From Candidatus Marinacidobacterium sp. (GTDB lineage: Bacteria > Acidobacteriota > Vicinamibacteria > Marinacidobacterales > Marinacidobacteraceae): a stretch of DNA of 64,000 nucleotides. The stretch is from assembly GCA_965220965.1 (NCBI GenBank), contig OZ244852.1, forward strand, positions 2,336,001 to 2,400,000, given 5' to 3'. The position numbers and the translations under genes were made by a program. Positions 46,062 through 60,044 of the stretch are shown here, piece after piece. Under the pieces are notes generated by a model. That model was not told where the DNA came from, made no database searches, and was given only the letters and a program-made list of their open reading frames with translations. Position 1 is the first letter of the stretch, and each line of letters begins with the position of its first letter.

Positions 46062-47231
46062 ATGAACTTCCTCCTTCTCTGCTCCGAGGGCCCCGCGGGG
46101 CGGGATCTCCCCTGGCGGGGGACCACGGTGGCGGAAGCCGCCGCCCGGGCCGCCGCGCCGCTCGTTTCGGACGGCGCGGTCGCGCTCGTGGTCGGCGCCC
46201 CCGCCCCGGATGTCCGACTCCCCGACGGTTTCGAGACCGCCACCCCGAAGGAGGCCGCCGCCCGGCTCCGGGCTCTCCCGGAGGGATCTTCGGGACTCGC
46301 GCTCGCCGCCGGGGTCTGCGATCCGCCGCTCGACCGGCTCGGCGGCCTGATCGAGGGCGTCACCGCCGAACGGCCGGCGCCGCTGCTGAATCAGGCCGGC
46401 CACCTGATCGCCGTCGGCTGGACCGCAGCAGCCCTCGCCGATGCGGTCGCGCCAACGTTCGACGAAACCGTCTCCGGCGTGGAGCTGCCCCGCCGCGCGA
46501 ATCGCGTCCTCGGCGTCGTCCGGATCTCGGGCGCGGCGAGCTGGTCGGAAGCCCTGTTGACCGATCGGCGGCGCACCGCCCGCAACCTCCTTCAGGCGGG
46601 GGTTCTCGTCGAGGATCCCGACACGCTGTGGGCCGACGCGACCTGCCGGATCGAGCCGGGGGCGCGCATCGGACCCTCGGTCATGCTGCTGGGAAGCACC
46701 AGCGTCGCCGCCGGCGCCGAGGTGTCGGCCTTCTGCCGACTGGAGAACACCGAGGTCCGGGCCGGGGCGCGGGTCCTGACCCACACCACGATCTCCGACA
46801 GCGTCATCGGCCGCGAAGCGAAGGTGGGACCCTTCGCCCACATCCGGCCGAACACCCGGCTCGAGCCGGGCGCCTTCGCCGGCGCCTTCACCGAGACCAA
46901 GAACGCCGTGCTCGGGAGGAACTCCGCGCTGCCGCATCTCTCCTACCTCGGAGACGCCGAGGTGGCCCACCGGGTGAACCTGGGCGCGGGGACGATCACC
47001 TGCAACTACGACGGCCGGGGCAAGCACAAGACGGTGATCGAGGCCGGGGCGTTCGTCGGCAGCAACGCGATCCTGGTGGCGCCGGTCCGGATCGGACGCC
47101 GGGCCTTCGTCGCCGCCGGATCCGTCATCGTGGAGGATGTCCCGGATGAGGCGATGGCGATCGCGCGGGGCCGGCAGGCGGTGAAACCGGGACGGGCCGC
47201 GGGACGCTTCGAGGGAGCGGACGAGGTCTGA
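46062..47231 (+). CDS. glmU: GlmU-like protein: intact acetyltransferase beta-helix, degenerate uridyltransferase domain
   Basis: VGPFAHIRP, HLSYLGDA, NLGAGTITCNYDG, FVGSN present; LAAG.GTRM..PK motif absent and the N-domain shortened. Confidence 0.85.
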   Translation: MNFLLLCSEGPAGRDLPWRGTTVAEAAARAAAPLVSDGAVALVVGAPAPDVRLPDGFETATPKEAAARLRALPEGSSGLALAAGVCDPPLDRLGGLIEGVTAERPAPLLNQAGHLIAVGWTAAALADAVAPTFDETVSGVELPRRANRVLGVVRISGAASWSEALLTDRRRTARNLLQAGVLVEDPDTLWADATCRIEPGARIGPSVMLLGSTSVAAGAEVSAFCRLENTEVRAGARVLTHTTISDSVIGREAKVGPFAHIRPNTRLEPGAFAGAFTETKNAVLGRNSALPHLSYLGDAEVAHRVNLGAGTITCNYDGRGKHKTVIEAGAFVGSNAILVAPVRIGRRAFVAAGSVIVEDVPDEAMAIARGRQAVKPGRAAGRFEGADEV

Positions 47232-47271
47232 GCGCGAGACCCCGGACCCGACCCGCAAACGGCGCATCAGG

Positions 47272-48366
47272 GTGACGCCCCTCCCGCCGGCCGAGCGGAC
47301 CGCGCTCTGGTCCGAGATCCGGGAGCAGCCGGCGGCGGCGCGCCGCGCCCTCGAGAAGCTCGCCGCTGGCGCAACCGCGCGCCGGGCCGCGCTCGCCGGG
47401 CGCCTCGGCGGGGAGGTCGTGCTGACCGGCGCCGGGACCAGTCGCCACGCGGCGGAGGCGGCGGCCGCGACCTGGCGCCGGGATCTGGGACTCGCGGCGC
47501 GCGCCGCCGCAGTCACCGGGTTCGACGCCGCCGGCGAGAAGCCCTCGGCCATCGTCGCCATCACCCAGTCGGGGGCGACCGGAAGCGTTCTCCGACTCCT
47601 CCGCGAAGCCGGGCGACAGTCCGTCTTCCGGGTGGTCGTCACGAACGCCCCCGAGAGCGAGGCGGCGGAGCGCGCCGACCTGACGCTCGTGACGCCGGCC
47701 GGACCGGAGCGGGCGATCCCCGCCACGAAGTCGTTCACGAGCGCGCTGGTCGCCCTGCTCGCGCTCGGCCGGGACTGGGCGGCGGCCGGGGGGACAGCGC
47801 CCGCGGCGCGACTCGAGGCCGCGGACCGCGTCGCCGCGGCGGCCCCCGGGCTGCTGGCGGCGGCGGTGGCGCAGGACGACCGCATCTCCCGCTTCGGAAG
47901 CGCGGCGGCGCGCCCGGGTCCGTGGTTCTTCCTCGGGGGCGCCGGGCTCCGCCCGCTGGCGCGGGAAGGAGCGCTCAAGATGGCGGAGACGGCGGTCGTC
48001 CCGGCGATGGAGCTTCCGGCGGGCGAACTGGCTCACGGCCCGGCGGCGCTCCTCACGCCGGAGACGCCGGTGGTCGTGGTCTCCGGGGACGCGAGGCCGG
48101 GACCCGCCGAGGCCCGATCCCTCGAGGCCGCGCGGTCCGCCGGCGCTCCGGTGGTCCGGATCGCGCCCGGGCCGGCGCCCGCTCGGCCCGCGGCGCGCGA
48201 GACCGGTGTGGATCTTCCGGCGCCCGCGGAGGCGGTCGGGGCCCCGGCCGCGCTCGCGTTCTTCGCGGCGCCGCTGCTCCAGCTTCTCGCCTTCCACACC
48301 GGCCGCCAGCTCGGCAGGGACGTGGACCGGCCCCCGCGTCTCGGCAAGGCGGTCGGCGATGACTGA
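47272..48366 (+). CDS. Double-SIS GlmS-like isomerase/deaminase lacking the glutaminase domain
   Basis: GTS.HA, TQSGAT, GPE.AIPATKSF, EGALK..E, GELAHGP, DVD.P.RLGKAV; no N-terminal CG Ntn domain. Confidence 0.85.
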   Translation: MTPLPPAERTALWSEIREQPAAARRALEKLAAGATARRAALAGRLGGEVVLTGAGTSRHAAEAAAATWRRDLGLAARAAAVTGFDAAGEKPSAIVAITQSGATGSVLRLLREAGRQSVFRVVVTNAPESEAAERADLTLVTPAGPERAIPATKSFTSALVALLALGRDWAAAGGTAPAARLEAADRVAAAAPGLLAAAVAQDDRISRFGSAAARPGPWFFLGGAGLRPLAREGALKMAETAVVPAMELPAGELAHGPAALLTPETPVVVVSGDARPGPAEARSLEAARSAGAPVVRIAPGPAPARPAARETGVDLPAPAEAVGAPAALAFFAAPLLQLLAFHTGRQLGRDVDRPPRLGKAVGDD

Positions 48367-50563
48367 AGACGCCGCCCCGGGGCGCGACGGTCGACTTCGC
48401 GAGGTTCTCGAGGGACTGAACCCGTCGCAGCGGGCGGCGGTGACGGCCCCGGCCGGACCGATCCTCGTCTTCGCCGGCGCCGGCTCCGGCAAGACCCGCG
48501 TCATCACCCGCCGGATCGCCTGGCTCGTGCTGGAGGAGGGCGCGCGTCCCGACTCGATCCTGGCGGTGACCTTCACGAACAAGGCCGCCCGCGAAATGCG
48601 CGACCGCGTGGAGTCGCTGAGCCGGGGAGCGGCCGCGCTCGAAGACGCGTCCCGCCCCTGGGTCTCGACCTTCCACGCCTTCGCGCTGGCGCTGCTTCGC
48701 CAGTTCAGCCTTGCGGCCGGGCTGCCCACCGGGTTCCCCGTCCTCGGCGCCTCCGAGAGCCGCCTCCTGCTCCGCCGGACCGCCCGGCGCCTCGGGGTGA
48801 ACGACGACCAGATCCCGCTGCGCGCGCTGGTGTCCGGGGTCTCGGCGCTGAGGAACGCCACCGCCGCCGGCGTCGAATGGCGCGGACCGCGCCTTCCGGA
48901 GCGCCGACGGACGGTGGTCGAGGTCGCGGAGGCCTATGAGGAAGAACTGCAGGCCCTCGGGTCGGTCGACTTCGACGACCTGCAGATCCGGGCCCTCGGA
49001 CTGCTCAACGCGCACGAAGACGCGCGCCGGTTCCTGGCCCGCCGGGCCCGCCGGGTGCTGGTGGACGAGTACCAGGACACCAGCCCGCTCCAGCACCTCC
49101 TGCTGAGGAAGCTGGCGCCCCACCGCGACGTGTTTGCGGTCGGGGATGACGACCAGTCCATCTACTCGTTCCGCGGCGCCGACTACCGGAACATCCTCCG
49201 CTTCGAGGAGGACTTCCCCGGCGCCCGGGTCTTCCGTCTGGAAGAGAACTACCGCTCGACCGCGGCGATCCTCGAGGCCGCAAACGCGGTGATCCGGCGG
49301 AACCGGGAGCGGGCCGGGAAGACCCTCCGCGCGATCGGCGACAAGGGCGCCCCGGTGCGGTTCCGGGCTCACGGGAGCGAGACGGACGAGGCCCGGAAGA
49401 TTGCGGCGGACATCCTCGGCTGGGGCGACGCCCGCGGCTCGGTTGCGGTGCTCGTGCGGACGAGGGCCCAGACCCGCGCCTTCGAGGAGGCCTTTGCGGT
49501 CAGACGCATCCCGCACTTCGTGATCGGGGGCCTGCGGTTCTACGAGCGCCGCGAAGTCCTCGACGCCATCGCCTGGGTCCGGGTTGGCGCGCGCGATCGC
49601 GACGACGACGCCTTCCGCCGGGCCCTCGGGTCCCCGGCCCGGGGCGTCGGCCCCCAGTCCCTCGCGCGCATCGCCGAGGCGGCGGGGCTCGAGAAGGTTT
49701 CACTCCTCGAAGCCGCTCGCCGGCTCTCATCCGACCGCGCTTTCGGAGGGCGTCCCGCCACCGGGCTCCGGACCTTCCTCGCCGCCGTCGCGGCGGTCAG
49801 CAAGGCGGCGGAGCTGGGGCCCGAGGCGGCGGTCCGCGCCGCGGTCGAGACCAGCGGCCTCGGGGAGAGCGTCGCCGAGGACCCCGAACGGACGGAGAAC
49901 CTCGCTTCGCTCCGGTCCGCCGCCCGCGAATGGGACGCGGCGAACGGTCCCCGGGAGGGCGGCGACGCCGACGACGCGCCGGGGTCGGGGAGGGCCCGCG
50001 TCGTCGCCTTCCTCGACCAGGTGAGCCTGCTCGCCGCCGAAGACCTCGCCCCGCAGGGGGGCGCGGCGTCCGGGCCGCCGCCGGTGCTCATCATGACCGT
50101 CCACGCCGCCAAGGGCCTCGAGTTCGACCGGGTATTCCTGGCGGGGCTCTGGGAAGGCCTGTTTCCGCACTCGCTTTCGCTCGATTCGCACGCGGGCATC
50201 GAGGAGGAGCGGCGTCTCTTCTATGTGGGCATGACCCGCGCCCGCCGGGAGCTGTTCCTCTCCGCGGCGCCGGGGACGATGGCCTTTCGTCCCCAGGGCG
50301 GGGGCGTCTCGCGATTCCTCCGCGACATCCCGGGGGCGCTGGTGGAGGCTTCCGGACAACCTGCGAGGCCGCCGTCCGCGCGGCGACGCCCGGCGGCCGT
50401 CGTCGCCGGGCTTCGCCGGGGCCAGCGGGTGCACCACCCGAGGTTCGGCGAGGGGAGGGTCGAATCGGTGGACCCGGCCGCCGGCCGCGTCACCGTGGTC
50501 TTTCCCGGGTGGGGCCGGAAGCGCCTCGTGCCGGAGTACGCCCGCCTGCGGATCGTGCGCTGA
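48359..50563 (+). CDS. uvrD: UvrD/PcrA helicase
   Basis: AGAGSGKT, TFTNKAA, VDEYQD, GDDDQSIYSFRGA, NYRS, TVHAAKGLEF, EEERRLFYVGMTRA, C-terminal HPRFGEG. Confidence 0.95.
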   Translation: MTEDAAPGRDGRLREVLEGLNPSQRAAVTAPAGPILVFAGAGSGKTRVITRRIAWLVLEEGARPDSILAVTFTNKAAREMRDRVESLSRGAAALEDASRPWVSTFHAFALALLRQFSLAAGLPTGFPVLGASESRLLLRRTARRLGVNDDQIPLRALVSGVSALRNATAAGVEWRGPRLPERRRTVVEVAEAYEEELQALGSVDFDDLQIRALGLLNAHEDARRFLARRARRVLVDEYQDTSPLQHLLLRKLAPHRDVFAVGDDDQSIYSFRGADYRNILRFEEDFPGARVFRLEENYRSTAAILEAANAVIRRNRERAGKTLRAIGDKGAPVRFRAHGSETDEARKIAADILGWGDARGSVAVLVRTRAQTRAFEEAFAVRRIPHFVIGGLRFYERREVLDAIAWVRVGARDRDDDAFRRALGSPARGVGPQSLARIAEAAGLEKVSLLEAARRLSSDRAFGGRPATGLRTFLAAVAAVSKAAELGPEAAVRAAVETSGLGESVAEDPERTENLASLRSAAREWDAANGPREGGDADDAPGSGRARVVAFLDQVSLLAAEDLAPQGGAASGPPPVLIMTVHAAKGLEFDRVFLAGLWEGLFPHSLSLDSHAGIEEERRLFYVGMTRARRELFLSAAPGTMAFRPQGGGVSRFLRDIPGALVEASGQPARPPSARRRPAAVVAGLRRGQRVHHPRFGEGRVESVDPAAGRVTVVFPGWGRKRLVPEYARLRIVR

Positions 50564-50581
50564 GCAGCCCGTGGGGAGGGG

Positions 50582-51142
50582 CTACCCGGTCTTCCCGGCC
50601 AGCTCGGCGAGCCGGTAGACAGCCACCAGCGGGACCCCCACCGACGCCAGCCGCGCGGCCGCGCCCGCTTCGCGGTCCACCAGCGCGAGCGCGCCCATGA
50701 CCTCGAAGCCGGCCTCCCGCGCCGCTTCGACGGCGCGAAGGGTCGAGCCCCCGGTCGTCGCGGTGTCCTCGAGGATCACCGCAGGACCCGACGGCGCCTC
50801 CACACCCTCGACGAGGCGGCCGCGCCCGTGCCCCTTCCCCTCCTTCCGCACGAAGAACCCGTGGAGCTCCCGCCCCGCGGCGCCGGCGGCGCCGGCCAGC
50901 GCGGTGGCCAGGGGGATGGCGCCCGCCGCCATCCCTCCGACCGCGGCCGGCGCCCACCCCGCGTCGTCAAGCGCGGCAAGAAGCACGCGGCCGAGAAGGG
51001 GGACGGCGTCGGCGCGCATCACGGTGAGCCGAGCGTCCAGGTAAACGCTGGAAGTTCCGCCGTGGGCAAGCCGGAACTCGCCGAATCGCAAGGACTCCCG
51101 CCGCAACAGCGCGGCGAGCGCCGCGCGGTCGACGGCGCTCAC
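50582..51142 (-). CDS. pyrE: Orotate phosphoribosyltransferase
   Basis: GEFRL, YLDAR, RKE.KGHG, LEDTATTGGS. Confidence 0.93.
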   Translation of the reverse strand: MSAVDRAALAALLRRESLRFGEFRLAHGGTSSVYLDARLTVMRADAVPLLGRVLLAALDDAGWAPAAVGGMAAGAIPLATALAGAAGAAGRELHGFFVRKEGKGHGRGRLVEGVEAPSGPAVILEDTATTGGSTLRAVEAAREAGFEVMGALALVDREAGAAARLASVGVPLVAVYRLAELAGKTG

Positions 51143-51882
51143 CCGGGGCCGGCGCCGGGAACCGGCGGGGGCGACTCGCCCGCGTCCACGGACTCGATCG
51201 CCGCCACCACCCAGCGGGACGCGATCGCGTTCCCGAACTGGTTCGTCAGGTCGTAGCGGATCAGGACGAACCGGTAGTCCTGCTCCCCGTTCACCCGGAC
51301 GCGCAGCTCCTTCTCGGTGACGGTTCCTTCGAGATAGTCCACCGGAGCGTCCCGCAGCAGGCTGCGCCGGGCGCGGCGGCGCTCCTCCTCGAGAGCCATC
51401 TGGACCTCGGCGAGCGCCCGCCGCACCTCGGTCCGATCACCCTGATGCGTTTCCCACTCCTCCTCGATCGCCGCGAGCCGTCCTCCCAGAGACCCCTCGG
51501 GCCGAACCTCGCGGCGTTCGGCGATCGCCCGGATGGAGGCCTGGTTCGCGGAGCGGAAGCTGGAGAAGACCTGGAACTGTTCGTCCCGCAGGCGGGTCGC
51601 CTCGCGCTCTTCGTCGAGGAGCTGCGGGACCCGGTAGGGGCCGCTGGTGGGCTCCGAGACCTCGAGGAGTTCCCAGGAAGCGGGCGGGTCTCCCGGGAAG
51701 GAGACCATCGAGAGGCCGGCGAAGGTGTTCCGGTCCTCCTGCCCGAGCGCCCGGAAGAACTGCTCCAGGAGGGTCTGCTCCGGCGACCCGGAGCAGGCGA
51801 ACGAAACGAGCGCGAGCGTCGCCAGGACGGGACGAAGCGTCGCCCGCGCGACCGGCTGGCCCGATCGGCGCCCACCCGTCAC
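51139..51882 (-). CDS. Hypothetical lipoprotein with central coiled coil
   Basis: SFAC lipobox; GTGA overlaps with gyrA and pyrE. Confidence 0.75.
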   Translation of the reverse strand: MTGGRRSGQPVARATLRPVLATLALVSFACSGSPEQTLLEQFFRALGQEDRNTFAGLSMVSFPGDPPASWELLEVSEPTSGPYRVPQLLDEEREATRLRDEQFQVFSSFRSANQASIRAIAERREVRPEGSLGGRLAAIEEEWETHQGDRTEVRRALAEVQMALEEERRRARRSLLRDAPVDYLEGTVTEKELRVRVNGEQDYRFVLIRYDLTNQFGNAIASRWVVAAIESVDAGESPPPVPGAGPG

Positions 51883-54593
51883 GGCGTCGCGTCCCCGGGC
51901 TCCACCGCGCCGTTCCCGGGCGTCCGGGAGCCCTGCCCGTTCTCCTGCGGGTCGCCGCCCGCGGGCTCCGATTCCGGTATCCGGGAGAGGGCCACCACCT
52001 CGTCGTTGTCCCGGACCCGGACCGCCCGGACTCCCTGCGTGATGCGGCCGAGTTCGGGGAACTCGTCCACCCGGGTCCGCACCGCCTTCCCTGCGGCGGT
52101 GATGACGAGCAGGTCCTCGCCGGGCCGGACCCACACCGTGGCCACCTCGGGGCCGTTGCGCTCCGAGGTCTGGATGTTCCGCAGGCCCTGACCTCCCCGG
52201 CCCTGCGGCCGGTAGAGATCCAGCCGGCTCCGCTTGCCGAAGCCGTGGCGGGTCACCGTCAGAAGCGAGCCGCGCTCGCCGGAGGCGGCGGCGTCCGCGT
52301 CCACCACGACGAGGCTGACCACCTCGTCACCCGGTCGCAGCGTGATCCCCCGGACCCCGGCGGCGACGCGACCCATCGGCCGGACATCGCTCTCGGGGAA
52401 ACGGATCGCCTTGCCGCCCCGGGTCGTGAGCACGATCTCGCCGGAGCCCCGCGTCAGGACCGCGGCGAGGAGCTCGTCGTCCTCGCGGATGCGAACCGCC
52501 CGCAGCCCGCTCGCGCGCAGGTTCCGGTACTGCTCGAAAGGCGTCCGCTTGACCTGCCCCCGCCGCGTCGCGGTGAGCAGGAAGAGGCCCGAGGAGGTCT
52601 CGCCGGCCTCCACTCCTTCGGGTAGCGGCACCACGGCGACGACTTTCCGTTCGCGGGGCAGGCGAAGCAGGTTCACGATCGCCCGGCCGGTTCCCGCCTT
52701 CCCGGCCTCGGGGAGTTCAAATCCCTTGAGGCGGTAGATGACTCCCTCGTCGGTCAGGAAGAGGATGCTCAGGTGAGTGTTCCCCACAATGAGGTCGCGG
52801 ATGGCGTCGCCCTCGCGGATCCCGGCCCCCAGGTGCCCGGTCCCGCCGCGGGACTGGGCGCGGTATTCGTCGAGGGGCGTCCGCTTGATGTAGCCCGCCT
52901 GCGTCACCGAAACCGCGATGTCCTCGACCGGGATCAGCTCTTCGATCGTGATGTCGGTCGTCCCCTCGGCGATCTCGGTGCGCCGGTCGTTCCCGTACTT
53001 CTTCGCGGCCGCCACCGCCTCTTCGCGCACGATGGCGTCGATCCGGCTCGCGCTGCCCAGGATGTCGGAGAGCTCGAGGATCCGGGCGTCGAGCTGGGCG
53101 ATCTCGGCTTCGATCTTCTCCCGCTCCATCTGGGTGAGCCGCTGCAGACGCATGTCCAGGATGGCCTGCGCCTGCGCTTCCGAGAGCCCGGTGGCCGCCG
53201 TATCGATCGGCCCGTTCCCGGCGCGCGTCATGAGTTCCCGGTCCACCCGATGACGCGGCTGCAGCTCGCGCTGGAGCCGGGCTCGCGCCGTCTTCGGATC
53301 CGGCGAGCTGCGGATCCACCCGATGACCTCGTCGAGCCGGTCGACCGCGGCCGCAAGACCCTCGAGGATGTGGAGCCGCTCCTCGCAGCGCTCGAGTTCG
53401 AAGCGGACCCGCCTTCGCACGACGTCGCGCCGGAAGGCCAGGAAGTCGCGCAGCATCCCGAGCAGCGAGTACCGCTTCGGCCGGCCGCCGGAGATGGCGA
53501 GCAGGTTCACGCCGAAGGAGCTCTGGAGCGCGGTGTGCCGGTAGAGGTTGTTCAGGACGACCTGCGGCTCCTCGCCCCGCTTCAGGTCGATGACGACCCG
53601 CATCCCGCGCCGGTCCGACTCGTCGCGGAGATCCCGGATCCCGGTGATCCGCTTGTCCTTGACCAGGTCGGCGATCTTCTCGATCAGGCGCGCCTTGTTC
53701 ACCTGGTAGGGGATCTCGGACACCACGATCCGGTCCATGCCCTTCGCGGTCGTCTCGAAGTCGCAGACCGCGCGCACCTGGACCACGCCGCGCCCCGTCC
53801 GGTAGGCGGACACGATGCCGCGGCGGCCGTGGATGCGGCCCCCGGTCGGAAAGTCCGGGCCCGGCACGATCTGGAGGAGCTCACGATCCAGCTCCTCGTC
53901 CGGCGCGTTGGCGCGGTCGATGAGATGGACGAGCGCGGCGGTGACTTCCCGGAGGTTGTGGGGCGGAATCTTGGTCGCCATGCCCACCGCGATCCCGTCC
54001 GAGCCGTTCACCAGCAGGTTCGGAATGACGGTGGGAAGAACCTGGGGCTCCAGCGTCTTGCCGTCGAAGTTGGGCGAGAACGGGACGGTCTCCCGGTCGA
54101 TGTCCTCCATCATCGCGGTGGAGAACGGCGTCAGCCGGGCCTCGGTGTAGCGGTAGGCGGCGGCGGGATCGCCGTCGACCGAACCGAAGTTGCCCTTGCC
54201 GTCGATCAGCGGGTGCCGCAGATTGAAGGCCTGGGCCATGCGGACCAGGGTGTCGTAGACCGGGCCATCTCCGTGCGGGTGGTACTTCTTCAGCACCTCG
54301 CCCACGATCCCGGCGCACTTCGACCACGCCCGGGAGGGGAGCAGGCCCTCGCGGAACATCGCGTAGAGCACGCGGCGCTGGCCGGGCTTCAGCCCGTCGC
54401 GGACATCGGGGAGCGCCCGCCCGATGATCACCGACATGGCGTAGTCCAGATAGGACTGCTTCATCTCGGCCTCGATGTGCTCGACGCGCCGGAAGCGCGC
54501 CCGCCCACCGAGCGAGCCGGGGTCGGAGATCCCTCCGTTTCCGGGGGAACCGGGTTCCATCTCGGGGAGGGAGCCCGGGTGCGGGTCAGCCAT
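51879..54593 (-). CDS. gyrA: DNA gyrase subunit A
   Basis: [25 protein letters not shown] catalytic Tyr, GyrA-box QSRGGTG. Confidence 0.98.
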   Translation of the reverse strand: MADPHPGSLPEMEPGSPGNGGISDPGSLGGRARFRRVEHIEAEMKQSYLDYAMSVIIGRALPDVRDGLKPGQRRVLYAMFREGLLPSRAWSKCAGIVGEVLKKYHPHGDGPVYDTLVRMAQAFNLRHPLIDGKGNFGSVDGDPAAAYRYTEARLTPFSTAMMEDIDRETVPFSPNFDGKTLEPQVLPTVIPNLLVNGSDGIAVGMATKIPPHNLREVTAALVHLIDRANAPDEELDRELLQIVPGPDFPTGGRIHGRRGIVSAYRTGRGVVQVRAVCDFETTAKGMDRIVVSEIPYQVNKARLIEKIADLVKDKRITGIRDLRDESDRRGMRVVIDLKRGEEPQVVLNNLYRHTALQSSFGVNLLAISGGRPKRYSLLGMLRDFLAFRRDVVRRRVRFELERCEERLHILEGLAAAVDRLDEVIGWIRSSPDPKTARARLQRELQPRHRVDRELMTRAGNGPIDTAATGLSEAQAQAILDMRLQRLTQMEREKIEAEIAQLDARILELSDILGSASRIDAIVREEAVAAAKKYGNDRRTEIAEGTTDITIEELIPVEDIAVSVTQAGYIKRTPLDEYRAQSRGGTGHLGAGIREGDAIRDLIVGNTHLSILFLTDEGVIYRLKGFELPEAGKAGTGRAIVNLLRLPRERKVVAVVPLPEGVEAGETSSGLFLLTATRRGQVKRTPFEQYRNLRASGLRAVRIREDDELLAAVLTRGSGEIVLTTRGGKAIRFPESDVRPMGRVAAGVRGITLRPGDEVVSLVVVDADAAASGERGSLLTVTRHGFGKRSRLDLYRPQGRGGQGLRNIQTSERNGPEVATVWVRPGEDLLVITAAGKAVRTRVDEFPELGRITQGVRAVRVRDNDEVVALSRIPESEPAGGDPQENGQGSRTPGNGAVEPGDATP

Positions 54594-54606
54594 GCTCAGG
54601 CCGGAC

Positions 54607-58257
<3,651 letters not shown>

Positions 58258-58661
58258 GGGCGCGCTCTCAAGGAAGCAGGCAGAAGGCGAACGGGAGGTC
58301 GGATTTCAACAACCGGACCGGACCGTTCGAGCGGGATTTCGTTTCCCGGAAGGAAGCGTTCGCAACAGACGCTGGAGTGGCTGGAATTATAGTGTTTTTG
58401 TAGGCCTGTTGAAAGTGCCGAGACACGACATAAGTCGTTCATTTCAGGATAGGAGAAGGGCCATACGGGACTGCCGGGAGTCTGTGGGCCGCCGGACGGC
58501 CGCGTGCCGGGAACGAGGGACCCGAAAGAGGGCGCGCGCCGGGCCCTCTCACTCGACAGGGAATGCGAGGCGTTCCGGCAGGTTTTCGGCGGGCTTTCGA
58601 CAGCGCCGGGGCGCCTGGCGCCCACAGCTCACGCCCTACCGACCCCGCTCGGGCGGGCGGG
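58258..58661. other. Probable oriC (dnaA-dnaN intergenic region) with box-GGCC-trio unwinding motif
   Basis: AT-rich patch; minus strand CTTTCAACA-GGCC-TAC AAA AAC at 58415-58394; further TTTC[A/G]ACA-like boxes at 58303 and 58594. Confidence 0.8.
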
Positions 58662-60044
58662 TCAGCGGAACTGCCGAAGAAGGCGCTGGACCAGGCGGTC
58701 GAGGCCGGGATCGCGGTGGCGCTGGTGCTCCACGCGCTGGATCCCGTAGGTGACCGTGGAGTGGTTCCTGCGGAACGAGGCGCCCATCTCCACGAGGGTC
58801 CGCCCGGTGACTTTGCGCGCGACGTACATCGCCACATGGCGCGCCAGGGCGAGTTCGAGGGTCCGGGAGGAACCGATCAGGCGCACTGGCGGAACCCCGA
58901 ACATGGTGGCGACCGCGGCGATCACCTCCTCGACGGTGACGCGGGGCGCCGCCGGAGCGGGAGCTTCCTCGATGACCCGGTCCACGATTCCCATCGTGAC
59001 GGCCTGGCTTCCCTCGGTGCGGGCCAGCGCCAGGACGCGGGAGAGCGCTCCCTCGAGCCCGCGCGGGCTTTTTTCGAGCGCGGATGCGATCTTCTCTGCG
59101 GCGCCGTCGGGAAGCGAAACCTCGCGAGCCTTCGCCCTGCGGCGGAGGATGTCCACCCGGGTCTTCCACTCGGGCGGCCCCATGTCGGTGACCAGACCGC
59201 TCTCCAGCCGGCTGCGGATCCTCGGATCGAGGTTCTCGATGTCGTTGGGATGGGCGTTCGCCGAGATGACCACCGGCCTCCCGCGTTCGACCAGCCCGGT
59301 GAGCGCATGGAAGAACTCCTCCGCGGAACGGCCGAAGCGCGCCAGCCCGGCCACGAACTGAAGATCGTCCACCACGAGCGCGTCGAGCTGTTGGCATGCC
59401 TCGCGGAACGCATAGAGCGCGTTTGTGCGGACCGCGTTCACGACCTGGCGGCCGAAGGACTCGCCGCGCGCATAGAGGACCCGGGGCCGACGGTTCCCCT
59501 CGCGAAGTCGCCAGGTGATGGCCTGGAGAAGGTGGGTCTTTCCGACTCCGACGTCTCCATGGATCAGCAGCGGCGTGAAGGGCGTGCCCGGAGCCCCGGG
59601 ATCGCTCACCGCCAGCGCCGCGGCCCTGGCGCACTGGTTCGCTGCGCCGCTCACGAAGGTCTCGAAGGTGTAGGCCGGCGAGAGGGCGTCGCTGCGGGTT
59701 GCGGCGCCTGCGGGCGCTTCCGCGACTGCGGTGGACCGACCGCCGGAACCCCGGCCGGCGACGACGGAGGGGAGATCAGCCACCAGACAGCGAACCGAGG
59801 CGGCGTGGCTCCCGGCGGCGCGAAGCGCTTCGAGGAGGCGCGCCTCGTAGCGTCCCTCGAGGTGGGTGGCGAAGGTGGAGTTCGGAACGAGGAGCCGAAC
59901 CTCGCTGTCCGCGTCGCCGAGCCAGCGCGCCGGCTCGATCCAGGTGCGGAACTCCCGCTCCGGAACGCGCCGCCGGAGGTCCTTCAGCGCGTCGTCCCAT
60001 AGGGAACTTCGAGAGGTTCGTTGGCTTGCAAGAGTTGGCGTCAA
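58662..60044 (-). CDS. dnaA: Chromosomal replication initiator
   Basis: F.TWI, YTFETFV.G.AN, GVGKTHLL, VDDLQF, RSR, R.LEGAL, RNHSTV; TTG start. Confidence 0.96.
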   Translation of the reverse strand: MTPTLASQRTSRSSLWDDALKDLRRRVPEREFRTWIEPARWLGDADSEVRLLVPNSTFATHLEGRYEARLLEALRAAGSHAASVRCLVADLPSVVAGRGSGGRSTAVAEAPAGAATRSDALSPAYTFETFVSGAANQCARAAALAVSDPGAPGTPFTPLLIHGDVGVGKTHLLQAITWRLREGNRRPRVLYARGESFGRQVVNAVRTNALYAFREACQQLDALVVDDLQFVAGLARFGRSAEEFFHALTGLVERGRPVVISANAHPNDIENLDPRIRSRLESGLVTDMGPPEWKTRVDILRRRAKAREVSLPDGAAEKIASALEKSPRGLEGALSRVLALARTEGSQAVTMGIVDRVIEEAPAPAAPRVTVEEVIAAVATMFGVPPVRLIGSSRTLELALARHVAMYVARKVTGRTLVEMGASFRRNHSTVTYGIQRVEHQRHRDPGLDRLVQRLLRQFR

